A stretch of DNA of 64,000 nt, taken from Euprymna scolopes. Lineage: Eukaryota. Below are positions 40,850 to 52,600 of this stretch, piece after piece. Every line of letters starts with the position of its first letter. Position 1 is the stretch's first letter. Where the stretch lies: assembly GCA_053919585.1 (NCBI GenBank), contig CM132787.1; one strand, 5' to 3'. The notes beneath the pieces are model-generated. The model ran no database searches. It was not told where the DNA came from and worked only from the letters and a program-made list of their open reading frames with translations. Both the position numbers and the translations under genes were made by a program.

Positions 40850-41250
40850 TTATACGGAAAAATTGCGTCGAGACAACGGTCTCCGTCAGCTCACCGGAGT
40901 TAAGCAACATTGCAGCTAGTTAGTCCCAGATAGGTGACCATTTGGGAAATCTGGGCGTTGTACGTGGTGTCCGTTTTCACGGCATTTATTTGCTAGTTGT
41001 TCTGTATACACTTCATATGCCACTGGTATTTAAAAAATGTCGACTCAGGGGAGGTGTGTTCGGAGATGATGCACATCCAGCCATAAAAATGCTACTGGCA
41101 GACATCCTACTTAGGTATCTATAATCTATCAAAAACTGATTGGGTTTACCGAGAACCGAACTATCACTGGCATATGACTATTGTTGACAGAGGACTGCTA
41201 ATGACTAGCAATGTATTCCGATACAATGCAGGCGTAAACATTGTTACATT
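40850..41250 (+). mobile_element. 5S rRNA-derived SINE (SINE3-like), copy 1
   Basis: Head 40850-40965 aligns to 5S (TCACCGGAGTTAAGCAA; GTTAGTCCCAGATAGGTGACCATTTGGGAA...GTTGTA), followed by a body shared with copy 2. Confidence 0.7.
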
Positions 41251-42751
41251 ATAATTAAATATTGGAGCAGTATTCGGAATTATTATTAAATAATGGAACT
41301 ACAACTTATCATCTAAATTTTTTTAGAGAAGTTAAATTTACATTGTATATTTACTATGATTTCTTTTTCTATTGTGACTTGGAAATTGCCGTCGAAAATA
41401 TGCTGTAAGGGAATATAGAGTACTCACACAGCTCGTTTATTCCTTTGTCAATTTTATCATTCTTGCTGATGGGATATAATGTATGTTCAAATCGTGTAAC
41501 CTTGTATTAAGGAGTGATTAGCCCTTTGATGGTTTTATTGCAACGCGAACATAGAGACGATTGAGTGACTGAACTGGCGTAACCTCGATTCCAACGCATA
41601 TAACACACTGTAATAGACTTTGCAAAAGGCCAGAGCTGAAAATCGATAGATTATACACCATGCCATTTAGATCTGATTAAATGATGTTCGATCGTAGATT
41701 CTGGACTTAATAAGTGCTATTATTCTGATTTAAACTTAGATGCAAGCCATACATTCATGTTTTGGCCTCAAGAGAATATACGCGTTTACGCATGCTCACT
41801 GTCGTGCGCTGGCATCATGTTCGTCTTCATTATATTTGAATTAGCACAACTAATGCAACTAGAATGTTGGTCTAAATTGTATTGATTTCTTGCCATTGGA
41901 TAAACGACAAATATAGTTCTCTAGAAAGATAACAAGACAAAATGAGATAAAATTTGAATATCTATGGCGTTAATTTAAATCACATACAATTTTTTTTATA
42001 ACTAAAATCAGCGTATTTTTAAGGCGAGTCAATTAATAAAACTAAAATAATTATAAGATTTTAATTATTTCTTCGAGTAAAGATACAAAATAGAAAATTG
42101 ACTAGAAGATATAAATAATTAGAATGACAAACAAAACGATAAAACATGGGAAATAAGTATGGAAGCAAAGTAAAGGTTAAAAAACACGTAAAAATAAGTA
42201 CCAGCAAAAACTGGATGTTCCCAAGAATATAGGAATTAAATATAAGATATAGCTTCTAAAGAATAAATAAAATGCAGCTGAATTTCAATAAAGTTTACGT
42301 TAAAAATAAAAATACAAGACTTTATAAAAAAATGATCGCAAAATAAATGATAGTTTTAAAAGTGTGGTAATAACAGATATAAACTATAGTAAAAATTATT
42401 AGTTGGGAAATACTTGAATATTAAGAAAATAAGCTTAATATTGGAAGCCCCAAGCTAACATTTTTTCTGGCTGATTTGTTGTGCCTTGTAAAACGGATAT
42501 ATATACATATATATATATATATAAGTAAATTCTTGGTACAGCCAAATGGAAAGAGAAATTTCAGAGGAAACATAATTTAATTTAAATACAAAAAAAAAAA
42601 AAACGGGCAGGTGAAATTATTAAAATATCCTTAAGGCCTTATCGTCTGACCCTCTAAGAGGAAACGTCAGAATTATCAATTAAAAACTAAGAAACGAATG
42701 AGGAAAGAAGGGAATTTGGTTTCAGTTGGAAGACCAGTGAGAGAAAAAATC

Positions 42752-43166
42752 TCACTGTTCAGATGGTTTTAAATCAATGAATATCTCCAACTGATGTTTC
42801 AAAATCTTTTGTCTACACAGGCTAGGTCGAGAGTTATTAATGACTAACGCCTCAATGATATTGAGATGATAGTTCGACCTCGCACTGTATAAAACAGAAA
42901 ACCACCCATCGGAATATTGATCAGAACACCTATTTATACTCATCAGGTGATTACCAATGGCGGAATCATGAGCTTGGGAGTGCCCGGATGTTCTCGACAC
43001 CTGGTGTAGTCGAATATCCCGAGGGATATGTTGGGATATTCTCATTTCTAATCGTTGGGATGTTTTGCCAACGTAGTCAGCTCCACACTGACAAACAAAT
43101 TTATAAACAACAGAATTCTTTTGAATGGTTGGCAAAACATCTTTACAAAAAGAAGAAAAAAAGGTT
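42752..43166 (-). pseudogene. Inverted duplicate of the GIY-YIG domain
   Basis: Same protein as 44133-44516 but retains both His residues (SQH, GNHL). Confidence 0.9.
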
Positions 43167-44516
43167 ATTTTTATTCGGTCCATTGCATCTCGGATTCTTT
43201 TCAATTCGTGTCTCATATACAAAAATTATCTTTATCTAAACATACCGAGTTCTTGGCTTCCTTTGACATTAATAGTCTTTTTACTAATATACCTTTGGAT
43301 GAAACCATTGGCATTTGTGCTGACTATCTATACCGTGGCCTCTTAAAATCTCCACAATTTCCTGAACGAATTTTCGTTGAACTGATGGAACTTGCTACTA
43401 AATCAGTCTCCTTTAGTTTCAACAACATTATGTACCGGCAAATTGACGGGATATCTATGGGTAGCCCTCTTGGTCCTTCGCTAGCCAACATTTTCTTCGG
43501 ATTTTTGGAAAACGAATTATTTTCCAAAATTACTAAGCCAACATTCTATACACGCTACGTTGATGACACTTTTGCATGCTTTCCCTCACGGAGTGAAGCT
43601 GAACAGTTTCTTCGTCTTCTTTGCAACTTGCATCCATCGTTACAATATACTATGGAGGTCGAGGATTGTGGCTCTCTCCCATTCCTCGATGTTCGTGTTT
43701 CTAAAGTTGGTTTTACGTTTGAGACCTCTGTATATAGAACACCTACATTTACAGGGCTCTATCTTAATTGGTTTTCATTTTCCCCTCAGTCTAGAAACAT
43801 AAACCTCATTAGCGCTCTTACACATCGTGCACTTATGATGTGTTCACCAAACCGTCATGCTACGGAACTTGGTGAAATCACAAATATTTTTCTTAGCAAT
43901 GGATATCCCATAAATATAATAAAAACTACTATTGAACGTAAAATTGCTACATTTAATCGTGTTAAACGTATTGGTCCATCACGTTGTCCCATTTATTTAA
44001 AATTACCATGGTTAGGTCCTGTTGGCCTTCGTATTGTTAAAAGGATTTATTCTGCTACTAAACGTTGTTTTCCAGCTACTATGCTTAGAGTAGGTTACTC
44101 GAACCTTTTTCTCTTCTTTTCGTAAAGATGTTTTGTCAACCATTCAAAAGAATTCTGTTGTTTATAAATTTGTTTGTCAGTGTGGAGCTGACTACGTTGG
44201 CAAAACATCCCAAAGATTAGAAATGAGAATATCCCAAAATATCCCTCGGGATATTCGACTACACCAGGTTTCGAGAACATCCGGGCACTCCCAAGCTCAT
44301 GATTCCGCCATTGGTAATCAACTGATGAGTATAAATAGGTGTTCTGATCAATATTCCGATGGGTGGTTTTCTGTTTTATACAGTGCGAGGTCGAACTATC
44401 ATCTCAATATCATTGAGGCGTTAGTCATTAATAACTCTCGACCTAGCCTGTGTAGACAAAAGATTTTGAAACATCAGTTGGAGATATTCATTGATTTAAA
44501 ACCACCTGAACAGTGA
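43167..44516 (+). pseudogene. PLE reverse transcriptase and GIY-YIG endonuclease (frameshift near 44100)
   Basis: SFDINSLFTNIP, GISMGSPLGPSLANIF, RYVDDTF, LPFLDV, YRTPTFTGLYL; VVYKFVCQCGADYVGKTSQRL, SAIGN, IIEALVI..RPSLC. Confidence 0.93.
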
Positions 44517-44901
44517 GATTTTTTCTCTCACTGGTCTTCCAACTGAAACCAAATTCCCTTCTTTCCTCATTCGTTTCTTAGTTTTTAATTGATCATTCTG
44601 ACGTTTCCTCTTAGAGTGTACGACGATAAGCCCTTAAGAAAATTTTAATAATTTCACCTGCCCGTTTTTTTTTGNNNNNNNNNNNNNNNNNNNNNNNNNN
44701 NNNNNNNNNNNNNNNNNNNNNNNNNNNNNNNNNNNNNNNNNNNNNNNNNNNNNNNNNNNNNNNNNNNNNNNNNNNNNNNNNNNNNNNNNNNNNNNNNNNN
44801 NNNNNNNNNNNNNNNNNNNNNNNNNNNNNNNNNNNGAAATTATCTTCGCAGTTAAACAAGGTCGGAGCCCACAAGAGCTATTACATCCAACAAACCGGAA
44901 G

Positions 44902-44945
44902 ACCAAGAGTCGAGTTTTGCCCACATTTGGGCTCATCAGTTATAC
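44902..44945 (-). ncRNA. Degenerate type I hammerhead ribozyme (different family)
   Basis: Minus strand: CUGAUGA-GCCCA-aaug-UGGGC-AAAAC-UCGA-CUC. Perfect stem II; GAAA changed to AAAA and GUC to CUC. Confidence 0.55.
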
Positions 44946-45622
44946 ATATCGGAACTCAGGATATGAAAGCCAAACATTTTGCATGCAAGTAGATTACTCT
45001 GCAACATAAGTAAATGCGCCACAACCAATAGACCCTATGAACTAACACAGATCAAGCAAACCCTAGCGAAAACCGAGTGCAGATTTTACCTACTTCGTCT
45101 TGAACAAGGGATATGGTCATCCACCCATCCATAACCTAGCTAAATTTTTACGTATTCATGCAATGTGACTTATTGTCTTATAATAAACTTAAAGGATTTT
45201 ATTTTTATTACATATAAATATAATTCCGTCCCTGCTTTAATAAAAGTAGTTATAATATTCAAGCATATAATCTATCTGACGTTAAATAAAATGCCATTTT
45301 TTTTTCGAAAAATATAATTACAGTTCCCTGAAAAATCTTATCATTCACTCGAACACCTTTGGTGTAAATAGATATTTCGATATCCGTAATTTCGAAGTTT
45401 ATGTGAGTATGTCTTTGTATTAATTGTTTACTGTGTACTGTGATAAATGTATATTAGTATACGCGTATATATATGAATTTAGCTCTGCATATAGCAATTT
45501 ATACGTGTATGTTTGTGCATATTTGTGTGTATATATATATATATGTATATATATATAAACACACACAAAGAATGTATATATATATATATGTCTGTGTGTG
45601 TACATATAATATGTATGCATAC

Positions 45623-45683
<61 letters not shown>

Positions 45684-45959
45684 TAAAAATATCCTAAAGT
45701 AAAATGATTTTATTTCATAAAGCTGTTGATTCTGCACAATGTAAAACTCACAATATGATACNNNNNNNNNNNNNNNNNNNNNNNNNNNNNNNNNNNNNNN
45801 NNNNNNNNNNNNNNNNNNNNNNNNNNNNNNNNNNNNNNNNNNNNNNNNNNNNNNNNNNNNNNNNNNNNNNNNNNNNNNNNNNNNNNNNNNNNNNNNNNNN
45901 NNNNNNNNNNNNNNNNNNNNNNNNNNNNNNNNNNNNNNNNNNNNNNNNNNNNNNNNNCA

Positions 45960-46242
45960 AAAAACACAATAACGGTTTCAGCTGAATCACCGTAGTAAAG
46001 CAATACCGGGTTCGGCTGAATCACCGTAGTTAAGCTACGCTGAAAATGGGCAGTACTAAATGCGTGACAGTTTAGGACTTCCAGCAAATATATATACTCT
46101 CCATTATTTCTATTCGTCATTGTCTCATACCCCCCAGAATTTAACCAATGCTGATTCAGGAGAGGTGTGGTTGGGGATTGAGCAGCACTTTTCTCACTGC
46201 TACACGCATGGCATCCCCTGTAAAAATTGTTCTTTGCTTACT
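45960..46242 (+). mobile_element. 5S rRNA-derived SINE, copy 2 (34-bp head duplication)
   Basis: ATCACCGTAGT(A/T)AAGC twice, AGTACTAAATGCGTGAC; body TCATACCCCCAGAATTTAACCAATGCTGATTCAGGAGAGGTGTG...CATCCCCTGTAAAA resembles 41012-41090. Confidence 0.6.
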
Positions 46243-46411
46243 NNNNNNNNNNNNNNNNNNNNNNNNNNNNNNNNNNNNNNNNNNNNNNNNNNNNNNNNNN
46301 NNNNNNNNNNNNNNNNNNNNNNNNNNNNNNNNNNNNNNNNNNNNNNNNNNNNNNNNNNNNNNNNNNNNNNNNNNNNNNNNNNNNNNNNNNNNNNNNNNNN
46401 NNNNNNNNNNN

Positions 46412-47955
46412 AATAGAGGCACACAAAAGTATGGGTTGCATTACATTTTTCTTCATAACTTTAATTCATTTTCAAGATTTTACGTAGAATTTGGTCAGTA
46501 CATTCCTATTCTTAATTATATTTGGAGTAGTATTCACAAATTCAAAGTGTAGACAGTTTATCTTTAAGGAAAATATGAATTAATAAACTCAAAAGTATTG
46601 GATACACTTTTAAAAAATTATTTTTCTGAAATAAATTGAAATGACTTTTGTTTAGCGTGTTGCGATAATGCAAACGAGGTATCACTGACCAATCAGAGAG
46701 CTTTATATTAAAATAATTTCATAAAATTCTTCCAGTTTGGTATCACTTCTTTAAAGTCAACAAGTTCATTTATATAAAGGCCTAAAACTAAAGAGTTGTC
46801 AATAGACATTGGTCAAAAAATCATTGATAACACAAAGAAGGAAAACTGTATCGAATATGTTCAAGGGAACTTAATCTACCAGTTAGTGCAGTTGGAAACG
46901 TTATTAAGATGTTTAAAAACCCTGGTGAACCGGTTGCGAATCTTCCAAGATGTTGTCGACCAAGGGACGAAAAACACCAAGGCAGGTAAGCAGGAATGTA
47001 CAAATACCCCTTTTCTCACTTGTGGTGGAATTAAAACTGAACTCAGAGAAGCTGGGATTAATGTGAGCAAGGATACAATCAGTAGAGTTCCAAATCGTGC
47101 AGGTTTTGTATCAAGGTCCTTCTATTATTGAAGCTAAAATATCTCAGATCACGTTTAAAATATGTTAAAACATATGGGGAACAACCCCAAAAATTGTGGA
47201 ACAAGTTAATCTGGTCAGACGAAACTAAAATAGAAACATTTGGAAGGCTCACAACAATACATGTATGGCGTAAAAATGGTATCGGCTATAACAAATAGAA
47301 TACGATTCCTACGGTAAAGTCTAGCGATGATTCGATTATAGTATGGAGGTGTTTATCATTCAAAGGGTCTGCTGAACTACACATCATCAATGGTGGAATT
47401 AATGGACGTATGCACAGGGAAATTTTGGAGAAAAACCTCCAGAAATCTGCTTATTTGTTGGGGGCATAATAGCAAGTTCCTGTTTCAGCAGAACAATAAT
47501 CCAAAGCATACTGCCAAACTAACCAAAGAATGGCTTAGAAATAACGGAATAGATCTTCCTGTTTTCCTCATTAAGTCTCAAGACCTCAACGCAATTAAAA
47601 ATGGAGCAATGTGCACAAAAGGAATCCATAAACTATTCAACAACTAGAACAGCTCTGCAGAAAAGAAGGTGCCAAATACCTGTATGTCTTTGCAAAAAAA
47701 CATGTGTGCAACTATAGAAATCGATTGAAAGCTGTTGAACGCAATAAAGGCTATGCAACCAAACATTAAATCACTGTATCCATTACTTTTGCGTTAGTCT
47801 ATTAATATTTTCCTTTAATATACACTTTCTAAAGTTTAATTTTGTAATTACTCCCCGAAATATTAGTTAGAATAGAAATAGAAATATACTGACACAATTT
47901 TAGGTAAAATCTTGAACCCCAATTAAAGTTATGAAGAAAAATATAATGTATTCAC
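46412..47955 (+). mobile_element. Older Tc1-family element (second family) with ~200-bp TIRs
   Basis: Inverted arms ~46440-46608 and ~47774-47955. Transposase remnants PKTKELSIDIGQKII, WSDETKIE, IPTVK, FQQNNNPKHTAK, GYATKH* (ends 47769). Both ends touch N gaps. Confidence 0.88.
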
Positions 47956-48580
47956 NNNNNNNNNNNNNNNNNNNNNNNNNNNNNNNNNNNNNNNNNNNNN
48001 NNNNNNNNNNNNNNNNNNNNNNNNNNNNNNNNNNNNNNNNNNNNNNNNNNNNNNNNNNNNNNNNNNNNNNNNNNNNNNNNNNNNNNNNNNNNNNNNNNNN
48101 NNNNNNNNNNNNNNNNNCATTTTCAAAAGTCAATGTAATCTCTAATCTTCTTCAGGTATATATAGTTGCACTTGGGAATCTTTTTAATTTGCTAAGGAAT
48201 ATGCCCGCACTTTCTTACCAATTTATGTATTCTACGGGATTAAAATACTATTGTTTCGACAGCGATTGCAGAATAGATCTNNNNNNNNNNNNNNNNNNNN
48301 NNNNNNNNNNNNNNNNNNNNNNNNNNNNNNNNNNNNNNNNNNNNNNNNNNNNNNNNNNNNNNNNNNNNNNNNNNNNNNNNNNNNNNNNNNNNNNNNNNNN
48401 NNNNNNNNNNNNNNNNNNNNNNNNNNNNNNNNNNNNNNNNNNNNNNNNNNNNNNNNNNNNNNNNNNNNNNNNNNNNNNNNCACATGGATTAATATACGAA
48501 GTACAAATTCATGCGTAAACATTTAGTATTTACTTCAACAGTGCTGAATACGAAGGTAGAGCCAGGTATTAAGTTATAAA

Positions 48581-48664
48581 ATATGTATGGCGATTGAGCT
48601 ACACAGAATAATCCGCGTTTAATGCACACTAGATTTCATCGGGCATATTCTGTGTAGCTTAATC

Positions 48665-48675
<11 letters not shown>
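48581..48675. repeat. Short near-perfect hairpin / mini-MITE
   Basis: 30-bp arms 48581-48610 and 48646-48675, 35-nt loop, TA-flanked. Confidence 0.8.
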
Positions 48676-48725
<50 letters not shown>

Positions 48726-48971
48726 TATATCAAATTTTCATCATGTTGATTGCTTTAATTTAATTTGGATCCTAAGTATAATCATTAAAGAAAATTAGAA
48801 AGCAAACGACATTCGTTTATTTTGATCTCATATTCTATATTTTTATTGCTATTTTTGAATAGGGTGCATATTAAAGAGATATGACGCGGCGTTCATATAA
48901 TACACGGATGACGATGAGAGGGGGAGAGAGACATTGTTACATATTCAGTTCTGTTCTGAGATGCTATGGAA

Positions 48972-49020
<49 letters not shown>

Positions 49021-49053
49021 CTTTATTCGATTGGCAAAATTTTAGAATAATTA

Positions 49054-49569
49054 TAAAAAAGTGAACCATATCGTAAATTCAATCAACTAAAAAANNNNNN
49101 NNNNNNNNNNNNNNNNNNNNNNNNNNNNNNNNNNNNNNNNNNNNNNNNNNNNNNNNNNNNNNNNNNNNNNNNNNNNNNNNNNNNNNNNNNNNNNNNNNNN
49201 NNNNNNNNNNNNNNNNNNNNNNNNNNNATTAAATAAAATAAATAAGTCGATTAAAAAACGATCGTTAAAATATTCCCAAAGCGCTATTCGTTCAGACAAA
49301 CATTTTCAATGTTTTTTTTTATTTTTCTCCGCTCGTATTCCATATCACTACCAAATATTCTAAAAAAAAAAAAAATAATTTTCAGACTTATGACCCTTGA
49401 AAATGTTTGTCTGAACGAAAAGCGCTTTGGGTATATTTTAACGATCGTTTTTTAATCGACTTATTTATTTTATTTAATTGTACATATAACTTGCCCCATT
49501 ATATATATATTTTTTTTTCCTCACCCCGGTTTCCATTTTTTTAGTTGATTGAATTTACGATATTGTTCA

Positions 49570-49576
<7 letters not shown>
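49054..49576. mobile_element. Foldback MITE in (TA)n context
   Basis: Arms 49054-49311 (partly N) and 49397-49576 are near-perfect inverted repeats with an ~85-bp spacer. Confidence 0.8.
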
Positions 49577-49655
<79 letters not shown>

Positions 49656-52600
49656 CTGAGGGTGATAGCGTGATAGATGCACAGTTTTTATATTTCTTAT
49701 AACACACATAGAGGAAGAGATATACATATTCTTAGGATGGTTACGCAATGTTCATAATAATATGTCTAACACATTACCTTTTGGGTGTTGAAATATGACA
49801 CGTGACAACACTTTTACAAAACCCAAAGATGAGTTTGTATTCATTAGACTGGTCGAATCCTGATGACGTCAGGAATTCACTTGTATCTACATGGTTTCAT
49901 CTTCTCCCCTTCGCTTCCAAAGGGGCAGCTAACCACTGCCTTCCAACTGACTGAATCTCCGTATCTCTGCTGACTGACTAGCAGACTGACGTAGACTTCT
50001 CTGAAATTAAAACGCAAAGAACTTTATGTAGAATCGTTATTTGTTTATGTCGTCAGAAGTGTGTTTTCAAACCTGACTAATTCAAGTTGCTATGCATGTT
50101 CTTCAAAAACACATTTCTGCAAACAAAGAATCCTCTCCTTACCTGGTTTTTAAACCTAACCTAGTTTAACAATGTATTTTTTTATTTGTATTGTTTATTC
50201 TTTCTACATGACATTTTTAATAATTAGTTTTATAAAAGAATGAACAATGAATAATTTTTACATTATAAACAATATCTAACTATTTATAATGAAATTTAAC
50301 AATATACCTTTTTAACATCCCGATGTCTAACATTTCATTTCTTAACTTTTCTGACATGGTTCGAGTCTCGGCTTATCCTAATCTCATTTTTTACTTATCT
50401 AATGCTCTTCTTATTTACATGGAAAGGGGACACCCCTTGTCCTGTAACATTCATATCGTTCCCATTTTTCCAAAAATGTACGCATTTTTAAATTCTATAT
50501 TTATAAACCACTTGGCTAAGAATATCAGAAACCATAGAACAATCTCCTTTAGTCAGCCCTTTTCTAACTGACATCATAATGTTCTTCTTGATATGGAAAA
50601 GGGACACCCCTTTTCATGTGATACTATGTTAGAACATAAACAGAGCTATGTTGTCAACTATAAATAGGGTTCAAGTTAATGTTATTTCATATCACATTAG
50701 GGTTAGTGATATTCACTGGACGATTTATTCATTTCTTTATTTAGGAGTTATTAAATATGTTATAGTTTAATCATTGAAATTGAGTCAATCCCATTATTAA
50801 TATATCTCATGCTTGCTATATAAATATAGTATCTGGCAGCTAACTGTTACCGATCGTAAACTAGGTTTCCCATGAGATTTTAATTCATGCACGTGACGTA
50901 TATATAATGATTAGATCAGTGCTCTATGGATTATTATTAGATTAGTGCAAACATCATGTCGTTTTTTGACGTAAAGTTTTATGTCAAAGAACGACAGTAT
51001 TTTTGAACCCCCTAAATTATATTTGGATGAATAATTTGCTTGGTGAACTAATCAGCAACAAAAAAGAAGCATAAAAGGATAATGTCGTCTGTTAAATTCC
51101 GTCTGTATCTGTTTTCAATATTACGTCAACTGATATTTTTGCTTGACAAGGAATGTACTGGATAAGTCATTTTTGATTAATCTATAGTTATAAAACATGC
51201 AGGAATGAGTTGCATCGATTTTAAATAGCACCTCTTTTTTATCAAAAATTTAACTCGTCAATAAGTAAAAAAAAATCAGATGAAATATGGAGGTATACCC
51301 GGATTTTAATAGAATGTTTTTTTTTTTTCTACTGAGATATATTCAAGACGTCAATATGCCTGTGGTTTTCGAAAACAATGATTTGTTGAGATATTATTAT
51401 ATCCCTTGTTCGTTGTAATGTAAAATATTTCCCTTCTTTTTATGTATAAGAGAAAAAAGACTATATTTTAAATCGGTATTTTTCGATTTTCGATACATAT
51501 TGGATGAACTTATGTACATAATATATCTAAGAACATTGGCAGACATGGGAATTAGCTTTGTGTTAAATGTGCAAAATATAGGCTTTGAAGTTTCCAAACC
51601 TATATGGAAGGAACTCAGACACATTCACACATAGTGTCTTTCATATAAAGGTGTAGATATAGAGCATGTATGATCAATATAAATACATTGAGATGTCTAG
51701 TTTCTTAAATCGATTATATGCTCAGGGAGTGTGTACATTACGTAATACGTGCTAAAGCAATATTCTGTTCTAGTTTCTTATGTAAGAATTCATTCACAAA
51801 ATTGAACCTACGTAGACGCATAACGTCAGATTCAGATATTCCAGACGTACATATAAAAAACGTAAGCCGCTATGAGCAAAAGTTCTTTGCTAGGTATGTA
51901 TAATTATAGCTGACGCTCTCATAACAAATAAGTACACCGACCGTATTCAAATATTTTAGAAGTAAACAACTTTAAGTAAACTAAACCGTCTTTATCGAGG
52001 GCTTTTGGTTACATGTGTATAATTTTCGTGTAAGATCTCAGATGGTGCTTTACTATTGTTTTCCTTCGCTAACATCTACTTATTTTAGAAACGAACACAT
52101 CTGAAAAAAAACAGTGTTACCCAATAATTATGTGTCTATGTTTTTTTTTCGGTTTACTCGTTGTTAGTAATGTATTACACATTTCCTGATTTTTTTTTTA
52201 TTTTTGCATTATTTAAGATGTCAGCATCGTGACCAAAACATCTACAATCAAATCAATGTTAAGTTTACAAGATTGTTTAAATGGATATTATCGGTGAATA
52301 TAGAAGCCATAGCAATTTAGAACCTTTATTATATCAATTGTATGTATCCAATACTAATATTCTCGACATATGAGACTCTGACACTTAAAAGTCAGGTTAT
52401 GAACAAAAATTATGTTAAGTAAATTGGATGCAATATTTTTTTTAAATATAAATGCGTATAAAAGATAATATAATCATAGCTGATCTACACGTCCAAAATA
52501 CAAAGTCTGATTAGGGTAACATTTAGTATCGTAAAATTAAGCCTAGAATATAACTGAGGAGACAATGACTTTGTTTCAAACTGAATTATTATTATTAACA

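Larger units (their letters stand above)
42523..44674 (+). mobile_element. Penelope-like element, 5'-truncated, with inverted pseudo-LTR
   Basis: RT + GIY-YIG on the + strand; 42594-43166 is a near-identical inverted copy of 44102-44673; the right end runs into an N gap. Confidence 0.92.

Noticed and set aside
40850-40965. Functional 5S rRNA gene
   Set aside because: Too diverged from 5S, not in an array, and continues into a body shared with a second copy.
43055-43222. Annotated N-termini of ORFs 43055+ and 42752-
   Set aside because: They are antisense read-through across the PLE inversion junction (~43166), not real starts.
45704-48526. Numerous ORFs containing X runs (also at 183, 18912, 27883, 29879, 38365, 39227, 44611, 49087)
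   Set aside because: Artefacts of N gaps lacking stop codons.
49795-50145. CRE palindrome TGACGTCA, an E-box and possible minus-strand splice sites
   Set aside because: Short motifs expected by chance; the candidate exon frames give no recognisable protein.
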